Shown here in pieces: positions 7,230 through 18,077 of a stretch of DNA of 38,707 bases. Origin of the DNA: Methanosarcinales archaeon (GTDB lineage: Archaea > Halobacteriota > Methanosarcinia > Methanosarcinales > Methanogasteraceae); assembly GCA_030625165.1 (NCBI GenBank), contig DAOURL010000003.1, forward strand, positions 1 to 38,707, written 5' to 3'. The notes below the pieces were generated by a model. That model worked only from the letters and a program-made list of their open reading frames with translations. It ran no database searches and was not told where the DNA came from. Position numbers and translations under genes: made by a program. Every line of letters starts with the position of its first letter. The stretch's first letter is position 1.

Positions 7230-9142
7230 TGGGTATAGAAGAGACACTGTCTGAATTAAGGCAGCGGATACGGAAGAATCTTCCGGTTGGAGTGACGATC
7301 TCGGACGTGGAGTTTGAGGGTCCCGAACTGGTGATATACACGAAGGAGCCGCGGAAACTGGCAGACAACGGCGAGATCGTGCGGTCGATTGCGAAGGATG
7401 TGCGAAAGCGGATCGTGATACGTCCTGACAAAAGCGTGCTGTACGATCCTGATGATGCGACCGCTGCAATCGAGAAGATAGTGCCTGCAGATGCAGGCAT
7501 CACAGACTACTGCTTTGATAGCGATACCGGAGAGGTTATGATCGAGGCAGAGAAGCCAGGGCTCGTTATAGGACAGCACGGATCAATGCTTCGTGAGATT
7601 ACGAGACACATCGGCTGGACGCCAAAGGTCGTGCGCACCCCGCCGATCGAGTCGTCGACGATAAAGAACGTCAGGCATGTGCTGCGCGAGAGTCTTGACG
7701 AGCGCAAACAGATCCTGCGGGAACTCGGGGAGAAGATCCACCGCAGCATCACGTCTCCTGATAACTGGATACGCGTAACAGCACTCGGAGGTTGTAGGGA
7801 GGTTGGACGGAGTTGCTTCTTGTTGTCAACTCCGGAAACGAGAGTATTGATTGATTGCGGAATCAATGTGGGCGCTGATGACAACGGCGGCACACCATAC
7901 CTGTACATCCCTGAAGTCTCCCCTATCACTCATCTCGATGGTGTAGTTGTGACACATGCACATCTCGACCACTGCGGGCTTGTGCCGCTCTTATTCAAGT
8001 ACGGGTACCGTGGTCCTGTGTATGCCACACCCCCCTCCCGCGATCTGATGGCGCTTCTGCAGATCGATTACATCGATGTCGCGAACAAGGAAGGAAGGCG
8101 GATCCCGTATAGCTCGGATATGGTCAGGGAAGCGCTCAAACACACAATAGTTCTCGATTACGGGAGCGTTACCGATATCGCGCCTGACATGAAACTGACA
8201 CTCCACAACGCAGGACACATCCTCGGATCAGCGGTCGCTCACTTCCACGTCGGTGATGGTTTGCACAACGTGGTATTCACTGGCGACTTCAAGTACGAAA
8301 AGACGAGATTGTTCGACAGCGCTATCAATAATTTCCCGAGAGCGGAGACCGTGATCATGGAGGCGACTTATGGCGGTCCGAACGATTTCCAGCCTCCGCG
8401 GAATGTTGCAGAGAAGAACATATCAGAGATCGTGAAGAGGACTGTCGAGCGCGGGGGCAAGGTGCTGATCCCTGCTTTTGCGGTCGGGCGAAGTCAGGAT
8501 GTGATGCTGGTTCTCGAAGAGGCGATGCGGAAGAAGAGGATCGAGCAAGTTCCGATATATTTGGACGGCATGATCTGGGAGGCAACAGCGATCCACACCA
8601 CGCATCCTGAGTATCTGAACAGCGATCTGCGGAATCAGATCTTCCACAAAGGGATGAATCCATTCCTTGCGGATTGTTTTGTCAAGGTGGATTCGCAGAA
8701 GATGCGCGAAGATCTTTTGAGCAATATCGATCCCGCGATTATCATCTCGACCTCGGGAATGATGAACGGCGGTCCGATCATGGAATATCTCAAGGCATTT
8801 GCACCAGATGAGAAGAGCACTCTGGTATTTGTCGGCTATCAAGCCGAGGGGACTGTAGGACAGCGCATCCAGAAGGGGCGGACCGAGATACCGATAACAA
8901 GGAGGGGCGTGTCCGAGTTGCTCAAGATCAAACTCGAGGTCTGCACGATCGATGGGTTTTCAGGGCATTCGGACCGGAACCAACTGGTAAAATACATCAA
9001 GAACATGCGTCCGAAACCGGAGCTTGTGATGACTGAGCATGGTGATGAGAGAAACTGCTTGAGTCTTGCAAGTGCGATTTATAACAAACATCACATCAAA
9101 ACTCAGGTGCCGAAAAATCTCGAGACCGTGCGAGTGGCGTGA
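7229..9142 (+). CDS. fttA: beta-CASP ribonuclease aCPSF1 / transcription termination factor FttA
   Basis: N-terminal KH domains, [32 protein letters not shown]; usual position after psmB. Confidence 0.95.
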   Translation: MGIEETLSELRQRIRKNLPVGVTISDVEFEGPELVIYTKEPRKLADNGEIVRSIAKDVRKRIVIRPDKSVLYDPDDATAAIEKIVPADAGITDYCFDSDTGEVMIEAEKPGLVIGQHGSMLREITRHIGWTPKVVRTPPIESSTIKNVRHVLRESLDERKQILRELGEKIHRSITSPDNWIRVTALGGCREVGRSCFLLSTPETRVLIDCGINVGADDNGGTPYLYIPEVSPITHLDGVVVTHAHLDHCGLVPLLFKYGYRGPVYATPPSRDLMALLQIDYIDVANKEGRRIPYSSDMVREALKHTIVLDYGSVTDIAPDMKLTLHNAGHILGSAVAHFHVGDGLHNVVFTGDFKYEKTRLFDSAINNFPRAETVIMEATYGGPNDFQPPRNVAEKNISEIVKRTVERGGKVLIPAFAVGRSQDVMLVLEEAMRKKRIEQVPIYLDGMIWEATAIHTTHPEYLNSDLRNQIFHKGMNPFLADCFVKVDSQKMREDLLSNIDPAIIISTSGMMNGGPIMEYLKAFAPDEKSTLVFVGYQAEGTVGQRIQKGRTEIPITRRGVSELLKIKLEVCTIDGFSGHSDRNQLVKYIKNMRPKPELVMTEHGDERNCLSLASAIYNKHHIKTQVPKNLETVRVA

Positions 9143-9172
9143 GCCGATTTTTTCCGATTCTTTCACACGATT

Positions 9173-9329
9173 TTTTCACAAAAAATCGAGTAAAAACTGC
9201 CCTTCGGGTCGGAAACAAGTTTTTGAATGCGGAGCACCAGCGGAACCATCAAACCTTTGTGGAAAGTTTGCGAGTGAAAAAACCGGAGTATAACCCGAAG
9301 GGCAGTTTTTGATCAAACTTTTGTGAAAA
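9173..9329. repeat. Intergenic inverted-repeat element between convergent genes
   Basis: Perfect 18-bp IR AAAAACTGCCCTTCGGGT (9192-9209) / ACCCGAAGGGCAGTTTTT (9293-9310), plus outer TTTTCACAAAA / TTTTGTGAAAA. Confidence 0.8.
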
Positions 9330-9348
9330 GTTTGGTGAAAAGTTTGGG

Positions 9349-9807
9349 TTACACAAACTCGATCGCTTTTGACGGGCAGGTTACGATACAGACATCGCAC
9401 AGGATCTTGTTCTGCCCGAACCGCCTGCATTCGCCGACATTCTTCGAAGTGACGACACCACCTGCCACTTCGAGGATCACCTTATCGTTGGATGGTGCAA
9501 GCCCGAGAGCCGCGCCGTGCGGATCATTGGCAACGTTTACTGGGCAGGCAACGACGCAGTTCCCGCATCCGAAGCATAGCTCCTCATGGATGACCAGACC
9601 GGTCTCGGTAGCGCCGCTCACTGGCGCAAGCAGCGATTGCAGCTCCTGCAATTGGCTCTCGTACCCGCTCTCGTAGAGCGGCGGGCAATCAGCGATCTCG
9701 GATTCGCCTGACAGAAGCGAACTTGCGAACGCCATGCACGTGGGCTTTTCGCACTCCTTGCAGTTCAGTTTCGGGAGTAACTGGTAGATTTCCATGATAC
9801 TTACCAT
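9349..9807 (-). CDS. Fe-S protein: N-terminal Fe-S cluster domain plus 4Fe-4S ferredoxin domain
   Basis: LPKLNCKECEKPTCMAFA...CP, CFGCGNCVVACP, C...LCDVCIVTCP. Confidence 0.9.
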   Translation of the reverse strand: MVSIMEIYQLLPKLNCKECEKPTCMAFASSLLSGESEIADCPPLYESGYESQLQELQSLLAPVSGATETGLVIHEELCFGCGNCVVACPVNVANDPHGAALGLAPSNDKVILEVAGGVVTSKNVGECRRFGQNKILCDVCIVTCPSKAIEFV

Positions 9808-9911
9808 TGCATCTCATCTCCGCGGATCATCGCATACAGGCGATACCTTAATATTCTATGAACGTTCAGTATCACCTGCGCATGACTTAAACATAGCGCG
9901 AGGTGTAAGTT

Positions 9912-10202
9912 ATGGAGAAAACAAGGAACTTTGTACTGCGGGACAATGGTGGCAGCGAACATGGTGTCTTTTCGGGAAAGCAGCCTCGACAGGCAGCGCT
10001 TAAGGTTGCGAATCGGGTTGGCAGTACCAAAGCCAATCCTACACGGATAATGCTACGTGAACGCGGCACAAAAAAGGTACACATCTTTGAGGGGTGGAGG
10101 GAACAGGTTAACGCTCCAAAGAACAAGCCGGACTGGATGCCAGATAAGATATGGAAGCCAAACGTCAGGAAGATCGGCATCGAATCGCTCGAGGACGTCT
10201 GA
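9912..10202 (+). CDS. Non-histone chromosomal protein MC1
   Basis: TRNFVLRD..G.EHGVFSGKQPRQAALKVANR...LRERGTKKVHIF..W...PDWMPDKIWKPNV. Confidence 0.95.
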   Translation: MEKTRNFVLRDNGGSEHGVFSGKQPRQAALKVANRVGSTKANPTRIMLRERGTKKVHIFEGWREQVNAPKNKPDWMPDKIWKPNVRKIGIESLEDV

Positions 10203-10209
10203 GCGATTC

Positions 10210-10225
10210 TGTTTTTATTTTTTGA
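10210..10225 (+). terminator. Oligo-T tract, putative archaeal terminator of MC1
   Basis: TGTTTTTATTTTTTGA just after the stop codon. Confidence 0.45.
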
Positions 10226-10431
10226 TTATTCTGTAGTTTTTATATTTTCCTATATATTCGTTTATTCGTGGATGCGCAAGCAAAGGCGCAGCCATCCCTT
10301 GGTGCCGATTTTATGCCAACAGCTTCGCTTGCACTCACAGTCATGAACTCACGCGTTTGGGTAATAGCACGAATTCAGATAAGTTATTCCCTAACAAGCC
10401 CTGAGCATGTTCAAAAAGCCGAGCTCCAGAT

Positions 10432-11979
10432 TCATTCATCCCCATTCTCAACGCCGATCACTGCAAAGAACCGTTTCACCACCACTTCTTCTGAGATCTT
10501 CATCAGTGCCTGCCTATCCCTTGCGTCGCTGAAGACTCCAAGCGGGATCTGGGCGCCAGCCATTGTTGAGTGCCCTCCTGCCGAACCGGTCTCCCCGAAC
10601 GCGTCCTGCATCGACTTGCCAAGATTCAGCCGGACATCATTGCTTCTTGCAGAGATGTATATCTGGTCCTCGCCGATCCCGTATACAAGAACAGTTGTGA
10701 TCCCCTCAAGGTTCAGCAGATAGTCGGCTGCCTGTGCAAGCGCATCCCGATCCCGTAGGATCCCTACATTCGTGATCAAGTAACTGCCCTTGATCTTCCG
10801 GTTAATTATCGCCTCCCCGAACACGTCCAGCGTTTCTGCGGAAATGGCTGGCGTTTCGATCATGTTTAGGATATCATGGTCTGCGAGAGGATAGAGAAGT
10901 GCAGCCGCAGTCAGATCGATCGGATTGGCATTCCGTTTGAATCCGAGTGTGTCGGTGCGGATGCCGTATAATAGCGCGGTCGCAAGATCCTTGCTGATCG
11001 GAATATCGAGTTCCTGGAGATATTTCGTCATGATCGTTGCTGTAGCTCCGGCATTCGGGCGTATATCTATATACTCAGCATGTACCGCCTTCATCTCGGC
11101 AGGATGATGGTCGATGATGATAGTAACATCAGAATCCTTCGGGAGCAGGTTGTTCTCCCCTGGCATCGAACAATCGATAAGCGCAATCTTCTTGAAATCT
11201 TCAAGAGAATGTGCTTTCGGTTCATCGAGTTTGCATATATCGATTTGGAGCAGATTTATGAATGCCTTGTTCTCCTGGTGACCGATCTCGCCCCGGTACA
11301 GCATCTCGGATTCGATACCAACGCTCGCAGCAATCGTTTTTAGGGCAAAAGCACTGGACATGGCATCCGGATCCGGATTGTCGTGAACCACGATGGCAAG
11401 TTTCCCTTTACCGATCGAGCGCAGGATATTAAGGACGTTCGAGGCATGTCTGGCAGATTCCACGCGGTCGAGTATCCGCAGCGTAGCATCGGAAACGACC
11501 CTTGGCGGCATGATCACGCTGTCAGCCCCTGCCTCTATAAGTTTGGTCTTTGCGATGCTGTTTGGTGCACGTGCAATCACCTGAATGCCCTCTGATGCCT
11601 GCTTTATGGTAATGATTGCGTTTTCGTTTGCGGAAACGTCAGAACTCAAGATCAGCGCCACTTCAACGCTCTTGATATCGATCGGATCGAGCAGACCAGG
11701 GTCGTTGAGATCGCCTACGATGGCTTCAAACTCCTGTTCCTTGAGTGTCTCAACCTTCCCAGCATCCCTGTCGATCAGTACAACCGTCTTGTTCCGATTC
11801 ACAAGTTCTCTGGCAACCGCTGACCCGATGTTACCGCTGCCTATGACAAGATACGGTGATTGCAATTTCTTATCGCCATTCGTCGCGCTTTTATGTGGGT
11901 CTGATGTTTTTTTGGAGTCGGTGATACTGAGACCTCCACGAATATCGGATGTCTGAAGCGTATAAGCACTTTTCGCCAT
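10432..11979 (-). CDS. DHH-family phosphoesterase with N-terminal TrkA-N (RCK) domain; start uncertain (11979-12048)
   Basis: VIGSGNIG Rossmann motif, HDNPDPDA, IIDHH, GIRTDT, GSAGGH. Confidence 0.9.
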   Translation of the reverse strand: MAKSAYTLQTSDIRGGLSITDSKKTSDPHKSATNGDKKLQSPYLVIGSGNIGSAVARELVNRNKTVVLIDRDAGKVETLKEQEFEAIVGDLNDPGLLDPIDIKSVEVALILSSDVSANENAIITIKQASEGIQVIARAPNSIAKTKLIEAGADSVIMPPRVVSDATLRILDRVESARHASNVLNILRSIGKGKLAIVVHDNPDPDAMSSAFALKTIAASVGIESEMLYRGEIGHQENKAFINLLQIDICKLDEPKAHSLEDFKKIALIDCSMPGENNLLPKDSDVTIIIDHHPAEMKAVHAEYIDIRPNAGATATIMTKYLQELDIPISKDLATALLYGIRTDTLGFKRNANPIDLTAAALLYPLADHDILNMIETPAISAETLDVFGEAIINRKIKGSYLITNVGILRDRDALAQAADYLLNLEGITTVLVYGIGEDQIYISARSNDVRLNLGKSMQDAFGETGSAGGHSTMAGAQIPLGVFSDARDRQALMKISEEVVVKRFFAVIGVENGDE

Positions 11980-12161
11980 GATTACGAGACGTTCATCATA
12001 CATAATCCTATCGACGATGTAGGGGGCTGATAAGTTGCGTGATGCCATTGGTATTTACGATTTTTCCACAACCATTGTACCAGAGTAATCCAGACAAACC
12101 CCTTTTGAACGTTAACATTAATACGGTATAAAGCGATGCTTCTGGAAAGAGGATTTGAAAA

Positions 12162-13118
12162 ATGGCAACGATACACAGACCAAGAAGAGGGTCACTTGCA
12201 TTCAGCCCGAGAAAAAAAGCAAAAAAACCGATCGCACGGATACGATCGTGGCGGACCGATGGAAAAGAGCCGAAGCTACAGGATTTTGCAGGGTACAAGG
12301 CAGGAATGACCCATGTGCTAATGATCGACGACCGTCCGAACAGTATTACAGCAGGTATTGAGATATCGGTGCCTGTAACGATCATCGAGACTCCTGTCAT
12401 GCGCGCTGTTGCGCTGCGTGCCTACACAGACAGAGGGTACTATGGGATGAAAATGATTACAGAGGTGTGGGCAGACCGTGATAACGATAACATTGAACGC
12501 GCTCTTGAGGAGGGTACGGTACGCGAGATCCGTGCGGTCGTCCAGACCATGCCGCATCTCGTGTCAGGGATTCCAAAGAAGACACCTGACGTGATGGAGA
12601 CGCTGATCGCTGGCGGGGACGTTGCCGCACAGCTCGAGTACGGAAGATCGATTCTCGGGAAGGAGTACCAGATGGCAGACCTCTTTGCTGAAGGTGTGTT
12701 TGTGGATGTTGCCGCGATAACCACCGGAAAAGGGACGCAGGGACCTGTGAAGCGATGGGGTGTGCAGCTGCAGAAGGGTAAGCATAGCCGTACCGGAAAG
12801 AAGCGACACATCGGAAACCTTGGTCCATGGACCCCGCATTATGTGCGGAGAACTGTGCCGCTGATGGGGCAGACCGGGTACTACCAACGCACCGAATTTA
12901 ACAAACGGATCTTAAAGATCGGATCTGATGGGACTGAGGTGACTCCGGATGGAGGATTCATAAACTACGGCATCGTCAGAAACGGGTACGTGATGATTCG
13001 TGGAAGCGTTCCTGGTCCGTCGAAGCGATTGGTCCGGATGAGACCGCCCATACGCGGCAAGCTGCCATTGGACGCTCCTGCAATCACTTATATCAGCAAA
13101 GAATCGCATCAGGGGTGA
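12162..13118 (+). CDS. rpl3: 50S ribosomal protein L3 (uL3)
   Basis: [52 protein letters not shown]. Confidence 0.97.
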   Translation: MATIHRPRRGSLAFSPRKKAKKPIARIRSWRTDGKEPKLQDFAGYKAGMTHVLMIDDRPNSITAGIEISVPVTIIETPVMRAVALRAYTDRGYYGMKMITEVWADRDNDNIERALEEGTVREIRAVVQTMPHLVSGIPKKTPDVMETLIAGGDVAAQLEYGRSILGKEYQMADLFAEGVFVDVAAITTGKGTQGPVKRWGVQLQKGKHSRTGKKRHIGNLGPWTPHYVRRTVPLMGQTGYYQRTEFNKRILKIGSDGTEVTPDGGFINYGIVRNGYVMIRGSVPGPSKRLVRMRPPIRGKLPLDAPAITYISKESHQG

Positions 13119-13123
13119 TTTAG

Positions 13124-13873
13124 ATGAAAACTAATGTTTTAAGTTTATCGGGAGACGTTTTACGTGAAATTGATCTTCCGGATGTATTTTCCGAGGCATA
13201 CCGTCCAGACCTCATCAAAAAGGCAGTCCTTGCCGCGCAGGCAAACCGCAGGCAGCCGTATGGCGTAACAGCGTACGCGGGCATGAGAACCTCGGCGCGC
13301 TCGCTTGGATCAGGCAGGGGGATAGCGCAGATCCCACGACTTGTAAACTCAAACCGCGCTGCACGGGTTCCGCAGGCAAAGGGCGGCAGAAAAGCACACC
13401 CGCCAAAGGCAGAGAAGGACTGGAGCGAGAAGATCAACCGGAAGGAGCGAAGGTTTGCGATAAGGTCAGCGATTGCCGCCACAACCAATCCGGACCTCGT
13501 TGCTGGCAGAGGGCACAGGTTCGAGGCAGATATCGGTCTTCCGATCGTTCTTGAGGATGCGTTTGGGAGTCTGGCAAAGACGAAGGACGTTTGCGAGGTT
13601 TTGCAGGCGATCAACCTCTGGCAAGACGTGATCCGTGCCAAGACCGGGAAGCATATCAGGGCTGGCAGAGGGAAACTTCGTGGCAGGAAATACAAGAAGC
13701 CAAAGAGCATCCTGATCGTGACATCCGATTACAGCGGCATCGAGAAGGGTGCGCGCAACCTCTCTGGCGTGGACGTCGTGATGTGCGACCGGTTGAATGC
13801 CGAAATGCTCGCACCGGGCACACACGCAGGCAGGCTCACGATCTGGACCGAGAGCGCGATTGCGGGGCTGTAA
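13124..13873 (+). CDS. rpl4: 50S ribosomal protein L4 (uL4)
   Basis: [59 protein letters not shown]. Confidence 0.97.
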   Translation: MKTNVLSLSGDVLREIDLPDVFSEAYRPDLIKKAVLAAQANRRQPYGVTAYAGMRTSARSLGSGRGIAQIPRLVNSNRAARVPQAKGGRKAHPPKAEKDWSEKINRKERRFAIRSAIAATTNPDLVAGRGHRFEADIGLPIVLEDAFGSLAKTKDVCEVLQAINLWQDVIRAKTGKHIRAGRGKLRGRKYKKPKSILIVTSDYSGIEKGARNLSGVDVVMCDRLNAEMLAPGTHAGRLTIWTESAIAGL

Positions 13874-13881
13874 ATCTAAGT

Positions 13882-14955
13882 ATGAATCCAGACGACATCG
13901 CCGAGTACCTGAAACAGGTGTACCAGAAGGATATCGTAGTAACAGGCACAGGGAAACTCGGCGAGACTGAGGAAGGGCTTAAAGAGTTCGGATACGGAAA
14001 ACCGCTCCTCATCAGATTCTCAGCAGACGGCGAATCCAAATCCGCAGTCCTCTCGTCCATGCGGACCGAAGGCGGGTTCGGTCATGATCATTTCTCTGAC
14101 CGGGCGCAGATCCTGATCTGGCAGTATGCAACATTTAACAGACTGCCAGAGCACGTTCGATCGATCGATTGCGGCTATTTCACGCACGATGGCAAACTTA
14201 AATCGGCAGGCGATGCGGAGGAGTATTTCCTGCTGATGGAGGAGGTCGAGGGTGTCGAATATTTCCTTGATCTTGAGCGGATCCGAACGGGTGGTGCAAC
14301 CGAACTGGATATAGCGCGGGCAAGCGCATTATCCGGTTATCTGGCTGACATTCACGCCCGGAAGCATGATAACCGGGAACTCTACGTAAGGCGAATAAGG
14401 GATCTTGTCGGGCATGGCGAGTGCATCATGGGCTTGATGGACAGTTATCCTGACGATCTCGACTTTATCACCGGAAAGGAACTTGCCGAGATCGAGAGAT
14501 CATGTATCGACTGGAGATGGAAGATAAAATCGAGAACAGATCGGTTGTGCATGGTTCACGGAGATTTCCACCCGTGGAATGTGATGTTTCGGGAAGGGAC
14601 TGACTTTACTGTGCTCGACCGGAGCCGCGGTGAATGGGGCGAGGCAGCAGACGATCTATCGAGCATGACCACCAATTACCTCTTCTACTCTCTTCAGGAA
14701 CACGGACGGCTGGATCACGACTTCAAAAGGATATACGACCGGTTCATGGAACATTATCTTGCAGAAACAGGAGATTGGGATGTCTTGAAGGTTATCCAGC
14801 TCTTCTACGCGTTTCGTGGACTCGTGGTGGCAAGCCCGGTATGGTATCCGAATCTTGACCGCGAGATCAGGGTGAAGCTGTTCAATTTCATAAGAAACGC
14901 GCTTATGGATGATGAGTTCGATTATAAGAACGTGAATTCGTATTTTTCGGGATAG
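13882..14955 (+). CDS. Aminoglycoside phosphotransferase / kinase-like family protein
   Basis: HGDFHPWN Brenner motif and LDRSRG. Start reassigned to ATG 13882, just after the rpl4 stop. Confidence 0.85.
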   Translation: MNPDDIAEYLKQVYQKDIVVTGTGKLGETEEGLKEFGYGKPLLIRFSADGESKSAVLSSMRTEGGFGHDHFSDRAQILIWQYATFNRLPEHVRSIDCGYFTHDGKLKSAGDAEEYFLLMEEVEGVEYFLDLERIRTGGATELDIARASALSGYLADIHARKHDNRELYVRRIRDLVGHGECIMGLMDSYPDDLDFITGKELAEIERSCIDWRWKIKSRTDRLCMVHGDFHPWNVMFREGTDFTVLDRSRGEWGEAADDLSSMTTNYLFYSLQEHGRLDHDFKRIYDRFMEHYLAETGDWDVLKVIQLFYAFRGLVVASPVWYPNLDREIRVKLFNFIRNALMDDEFDYKNVNSYFSG

Positions 14956-14993
14956 TTCTCCTTATAGGGGCACTAAAACCAGTGCCGCGAGTG

Positions 14994-16160
14994 TCATGCG
15001 ATCCCATCATCTGTCGACTCAACAAACTCCCCGATCCGGGCAAGTGCCTCCTTTATGTCATCCCTCGATGCAGCATACGAGCACCGCAGGAATCCAGCTC
15101 CAGAGTCCCCGAACACATTGCCGGGAACTACTGCCACCCGCTTCTCAAGCATCAGCCGCTCTGCAAATTCATCCGCGGTCATCCCCGTGCCCGCAATCGA
15201 TGGAAATGCATAGAACGCTCCTTTTCCCCAGAAACAGTCAAGCCCGATCTTGTTAAAGCCGTTGATGATCAGATGTCTCCTGCGGTCGTACTCCCGCACC
15301 ATCCGCTCCATCTCCGCCCTCCCGTTCCGAAGCGCATCGATTGCAGCAATCTGCGAAGTGCTCGGGGCACAGAGCATGGAGTACTGGTGTATCTTCGTCA
15401 TCGCTCCGATGATATCACTGCTTCCGAGAGCATATCCGACCCGAAGTCCGGTCATCGCATGAGACTTTGAAAAGCCATTGAACAGAACCGTGTTCGTAAT
15501 CATTCCGTTTAAGGATGAGAAACAGGTATGTTTTCCGTCGTACGTGAGTTTATCATAGATCTCATCAGAGATGACGATTAAATCGTACTCGGTTGCGACA
15601 TCTGCAATCTCTTCGAGATCCTTTTTTCCCATTGTTGCGCCTGTCGGGTTATTCGGGTAATTGATCATGATTGCACGCGTCTTTTCCGTTATCTTCTCCT
15701 CTATCCGCTCTGCCGTAACCTTGAAATCATTCTCGATGCTTGTGGCAACCGTAACCGGAACTCCGCCGGCAAAGATCACGGTCGGGACGTAAGAGACGTA
15801 GCACGGCTCAGAGATGATGACCTCATCGCCACGATTCAGAATCGCACGCATCGCAAGGTCTATCCCCTCACTCACCCCGGTCGTGATCAGTATCTCCTCG
15901 TTCGGATCGTAGTGGAGTGAGTGGTCCCGCCGGAACGTGCCCGCGATCTCTTCTCGCAACTCAGGGAGTCCCTGATTGGAGGTGTACGAGGTATGTCCCT
16001 GCTCAAGCGCGTGGATGCATGACTCCCTGATATGCCACGGGGTCACAAAATCGGGTTCGCCCACGCCGAGCGAGATCACATCCTCAAGTTCGTTTGCCAG
16101 ATCAAAGAACCTGCGGATGCCAGACGGCGGCACACTCTGCACCGTGTCTGAGACTCGCAT
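14994..16160 (-). CDS. Class I/II PLP-dependent aminotransferase
   Basis: ISLGVGEPDF, NYPNNPTG, SDEIY, GFSKSHAMTGLRVGY. Start reassigned to ATG 16160. Confidence 0.93.
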   Translation of the reverse strand: MRVSDTVQSVPPSGIRRFFDLANELEDVISLGVGEPDFVTPWHIRESCIHALEQGHTSYTSNQGLPELREEIAGTFRRDHSLHYDPNEEILITTGVSEGIDLAMRAILNRGDEVIISEPCYVSYVPTVIFAGGVPVTVATSIENDFKVTAERIEEKITEKTRAIMINYPNNPTGATMGKKDLEEIADVATEYDLIVISDEIYDKLTYDGKHTCFSSLNGMITNTVLFNGFSKSHAMTGLRVGYALGSSDIIGAMTKIHQYSMLCAPSTSQIAAIDALRNGRAEMERMVREYDRRRHLIINGFNKIGLDCFWGKGAFYAFPSIAGTGMTADEFAERLMLEKRVAVVPGNVFGDSGAGFLRCSYAASRDDIKEALARIGEFVESTDDGIA

Positions 16161-16167
16161 CTGCCTT

Positions 16168-16656
16168 CTATGCAACAATCGGGAGACGTTCTGCGTGCTC
16201 TGTTTCATGCAGGATCACACCATCCTCCTTGTAGGTCTTCAGAACGAAATGGGTGGCAGTACTCTGCACCTGCGGCAGGGTCGCAATCTTCTCTGCGACA
16301 AAAAACGCAACCTGCTTCATCGATTTGCCGCGCACGGTGAGCGAGATATCATGATCTCCTGATATCAATCTGACCGATCTAACCTCAGGGAATTTTGAGA
16401 TGCGGTCTGCAACCACATTGTATCCGGTTTCACGCTCAAGGGATACTGTTATCTCGATGATCGCATAAACAAATCCATTATCTACTTTGTCCCAGTCGAT
16501 GATGGTCTTATATTTACAGATTGTGCCGTCCCCTTCCAGTTGACGTACACAATCCCTGATCTCCTCATCCGAGCTGCCAGTAAGGGATGCAATCTCGCTA
16601 ATATCGATTTTCGGATCGTTTTCGATGATCTCAAGTATGTTCTGTGCGAGATCCAT
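16168..16656 (-). CDS. Lrp/AsnC-family transcriptional regulator
   Basis: N-terminal HTH, RAM domain with SGDHD and THFVLKTYKEDG; typical pairing with an aminotransferase. Confidence 0.9.
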   Translation of the reverse strand: MDLAQNILEIIENDPKIDISEIASLTGSSDEEIRDCVRQLEGDGTICKYKTIIDWDKVDNGFVYAIIEITVSLERETGYNVVADRISKFPEVRSVRLISGDHDISLTVRGKSMKQVAFFVAEKIATLPQVQSTATHFVLKTYKEDGVILHETEHAERLPIVA

Positions 16657-16659
16657 CCG

Positions 16660-17244
16660 TCAGTCCTCTAAGTATGCAGAGTCGTGGCTGGAATCGGTTG
16701 GTTCTTTCCACCTGGCGTCCTTGCAGTCATCGCATAGCGATCTCCCATCGACAACGGTCAGATTGTATGAATACTGCCCGCAGGCATCGCACATACCTTC
16801 GAAATCTGATGTCAGTAGGGATTCGACCTCGGATTCCATGAGTTCCCGCAGGGTGTCGCTCATCTCAGCGGATACGGTAACGATGTCCTGACTCGTGATG
16901 ATGCCGATTAAGGTATCGTTTCGGAAGACTGGTAGCCTTCTGATCTTATTCGAGAGCATCATCTGAATCGCGTCGCTCACCGGCGTATTATGGTCAACGG
17001 TGATCAACGGGGACGTCATAATCTCAGAAAGCGGTACGGTACTCGGTTTCCTGTCATCAGGTATAATCTTGCGTGAGATGTCGCGCTCGGTTATGATACC
17101 GACTGGTTTTCCATCTTCTGTAATGACTACACTTGATCTATCATATTTGATCATCTCCTTTGCGATATTCACCAGCGAGTCGCCAATGTCTGCTGTGATC
17201 ACGCTTGGTGACATGACCTCTTGCACCGGTCTATCAATGTCCAT
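16660..17244 (-). CDS. CBS-pair protein with C-terminal Cys4 (zinc-ribbon-like) motif
   Basis: PVGIITERDI, RRLPV..IGIITSQDI, GMCDACG...LCDDCKD. Confidence 0.9.
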   Translation of the reverse strand: MDIDRPVQEVMSPSVITADIGDSLVNIAKEMIKYDRSSVVITEDGKPVGIITERDISRKIIPDDRKPSTVPLSEIMTSPLITVDHNTPVSDAIQMMLSNKIRRLPVFRNDTLIGIITSQDIVTVSAEMSDTLRELMESEVESLLTSDFEGMCDACGQYSYNLTVVDGRSLCDDCKDARWKEPTDSSHDSAYLED

Positions 17245-17305
17245 TTACAAACCTCCTGTTTCTTTGCTACAGCATTGGTGCTGATCGTTATCAAGGTTGC
17301 GTCCA

Positions 17306-18076
17306 TCATGCAATAACTCCTTTGCGCCATCTGGAGAGCCGCTCGTCTACCAGAAACCGAAACGCCCGGTCGATGAAGAGCGCAATGAACCCGAGGAGGA
17401 GCATGTACGCCATGACGTGGTCCATCTTGTAAAAATGCACCCAGTGCGATATCTTGTATCCGATTCCGGTTCTCGATACGCCAAACATCTCTGCCGCCAC
17501 CACACACATCCATGCGACACCCATCGCAACCCTGATCCCTGTTGCGATATCAGGGATTGCAGACGGGAACGCAACCTTCCTGATCAGGTCATAATTTCTT
17601 GTGCATCCAAGCACCATCGCCGCCTCGATAAGAACCTTCGGCACATTCCGAAATCCCTGGTATGTATTGATCAGGATCGGGAATACCGCCCCGATAAACA
17701 CGATGGTTCCGGCAGACGTGTGTGTGAGCCCAATAAACGCTATTGCAAAAGGTATCCATGCAAGCGGCGGTATCGGGCGCAGGATCTCTATGATCGGATC
17801 GAATATCCGGTCGATCATCCGGAACCAGCCCATGCCAACCCCGAGTGGTATCGCAACGCACATACCGGCAGCCATGCCGATTCCAAAGTGTAGCAGACTG
17901 GTCGCAGCATCAGTGATCATAACGTCCCATAGACTGAAAAATGACGCCAGAACATCGGTGAAACCGGGCAGGATGAAGTTGCCCCTCTTTATATGGGGGG
18001 CAGTTAGCTGCCATATCACGACCGCAACGCAGAGCGAGACGATCTCGACGCCATATCGCCTGATCGCGGAGATCAT
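17306..18076 (-). CDS. ABC transporter permease, NitT/TauT/SsuC family
   Basis: LRPIPPLAWIP, EAA motif (LIEAAMVLG), VVAAEMFG. Start taken at ATG 18076. Confidence 0.9.
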   Translation of the reverse strand: MISAIRRYGVEIVSLCVAVVIWQLTAPHIKRGNFILPGFTDVLASFFSLWDVMITDAATSLLHFGIGMAAGMCVAIPLGVGMGWFRMIDRIFDPIIEILRPIPPLAWIPFAIAFIGLTHTSAGTIVFIGAVFPILINTYQGFRNVPKVLIEAAMVLGCTRNYDLIRKVAFPSAIPDIATGIRVAMGVAWMCVVAAEMFGVSRTGIGYKISHWVHFYKMDHVMAYMLLLGFIALFIDRAFRFLVDERLSRWRKGVIA

Positions 18077-18077
18077 G

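Noticed and set aside
13591-13881. N-terminal extension of the 454-aa phosphotransferase ORF
   Set aside because: Overlaps rpl4 out of frame; ATG 13882 is the sensible start.
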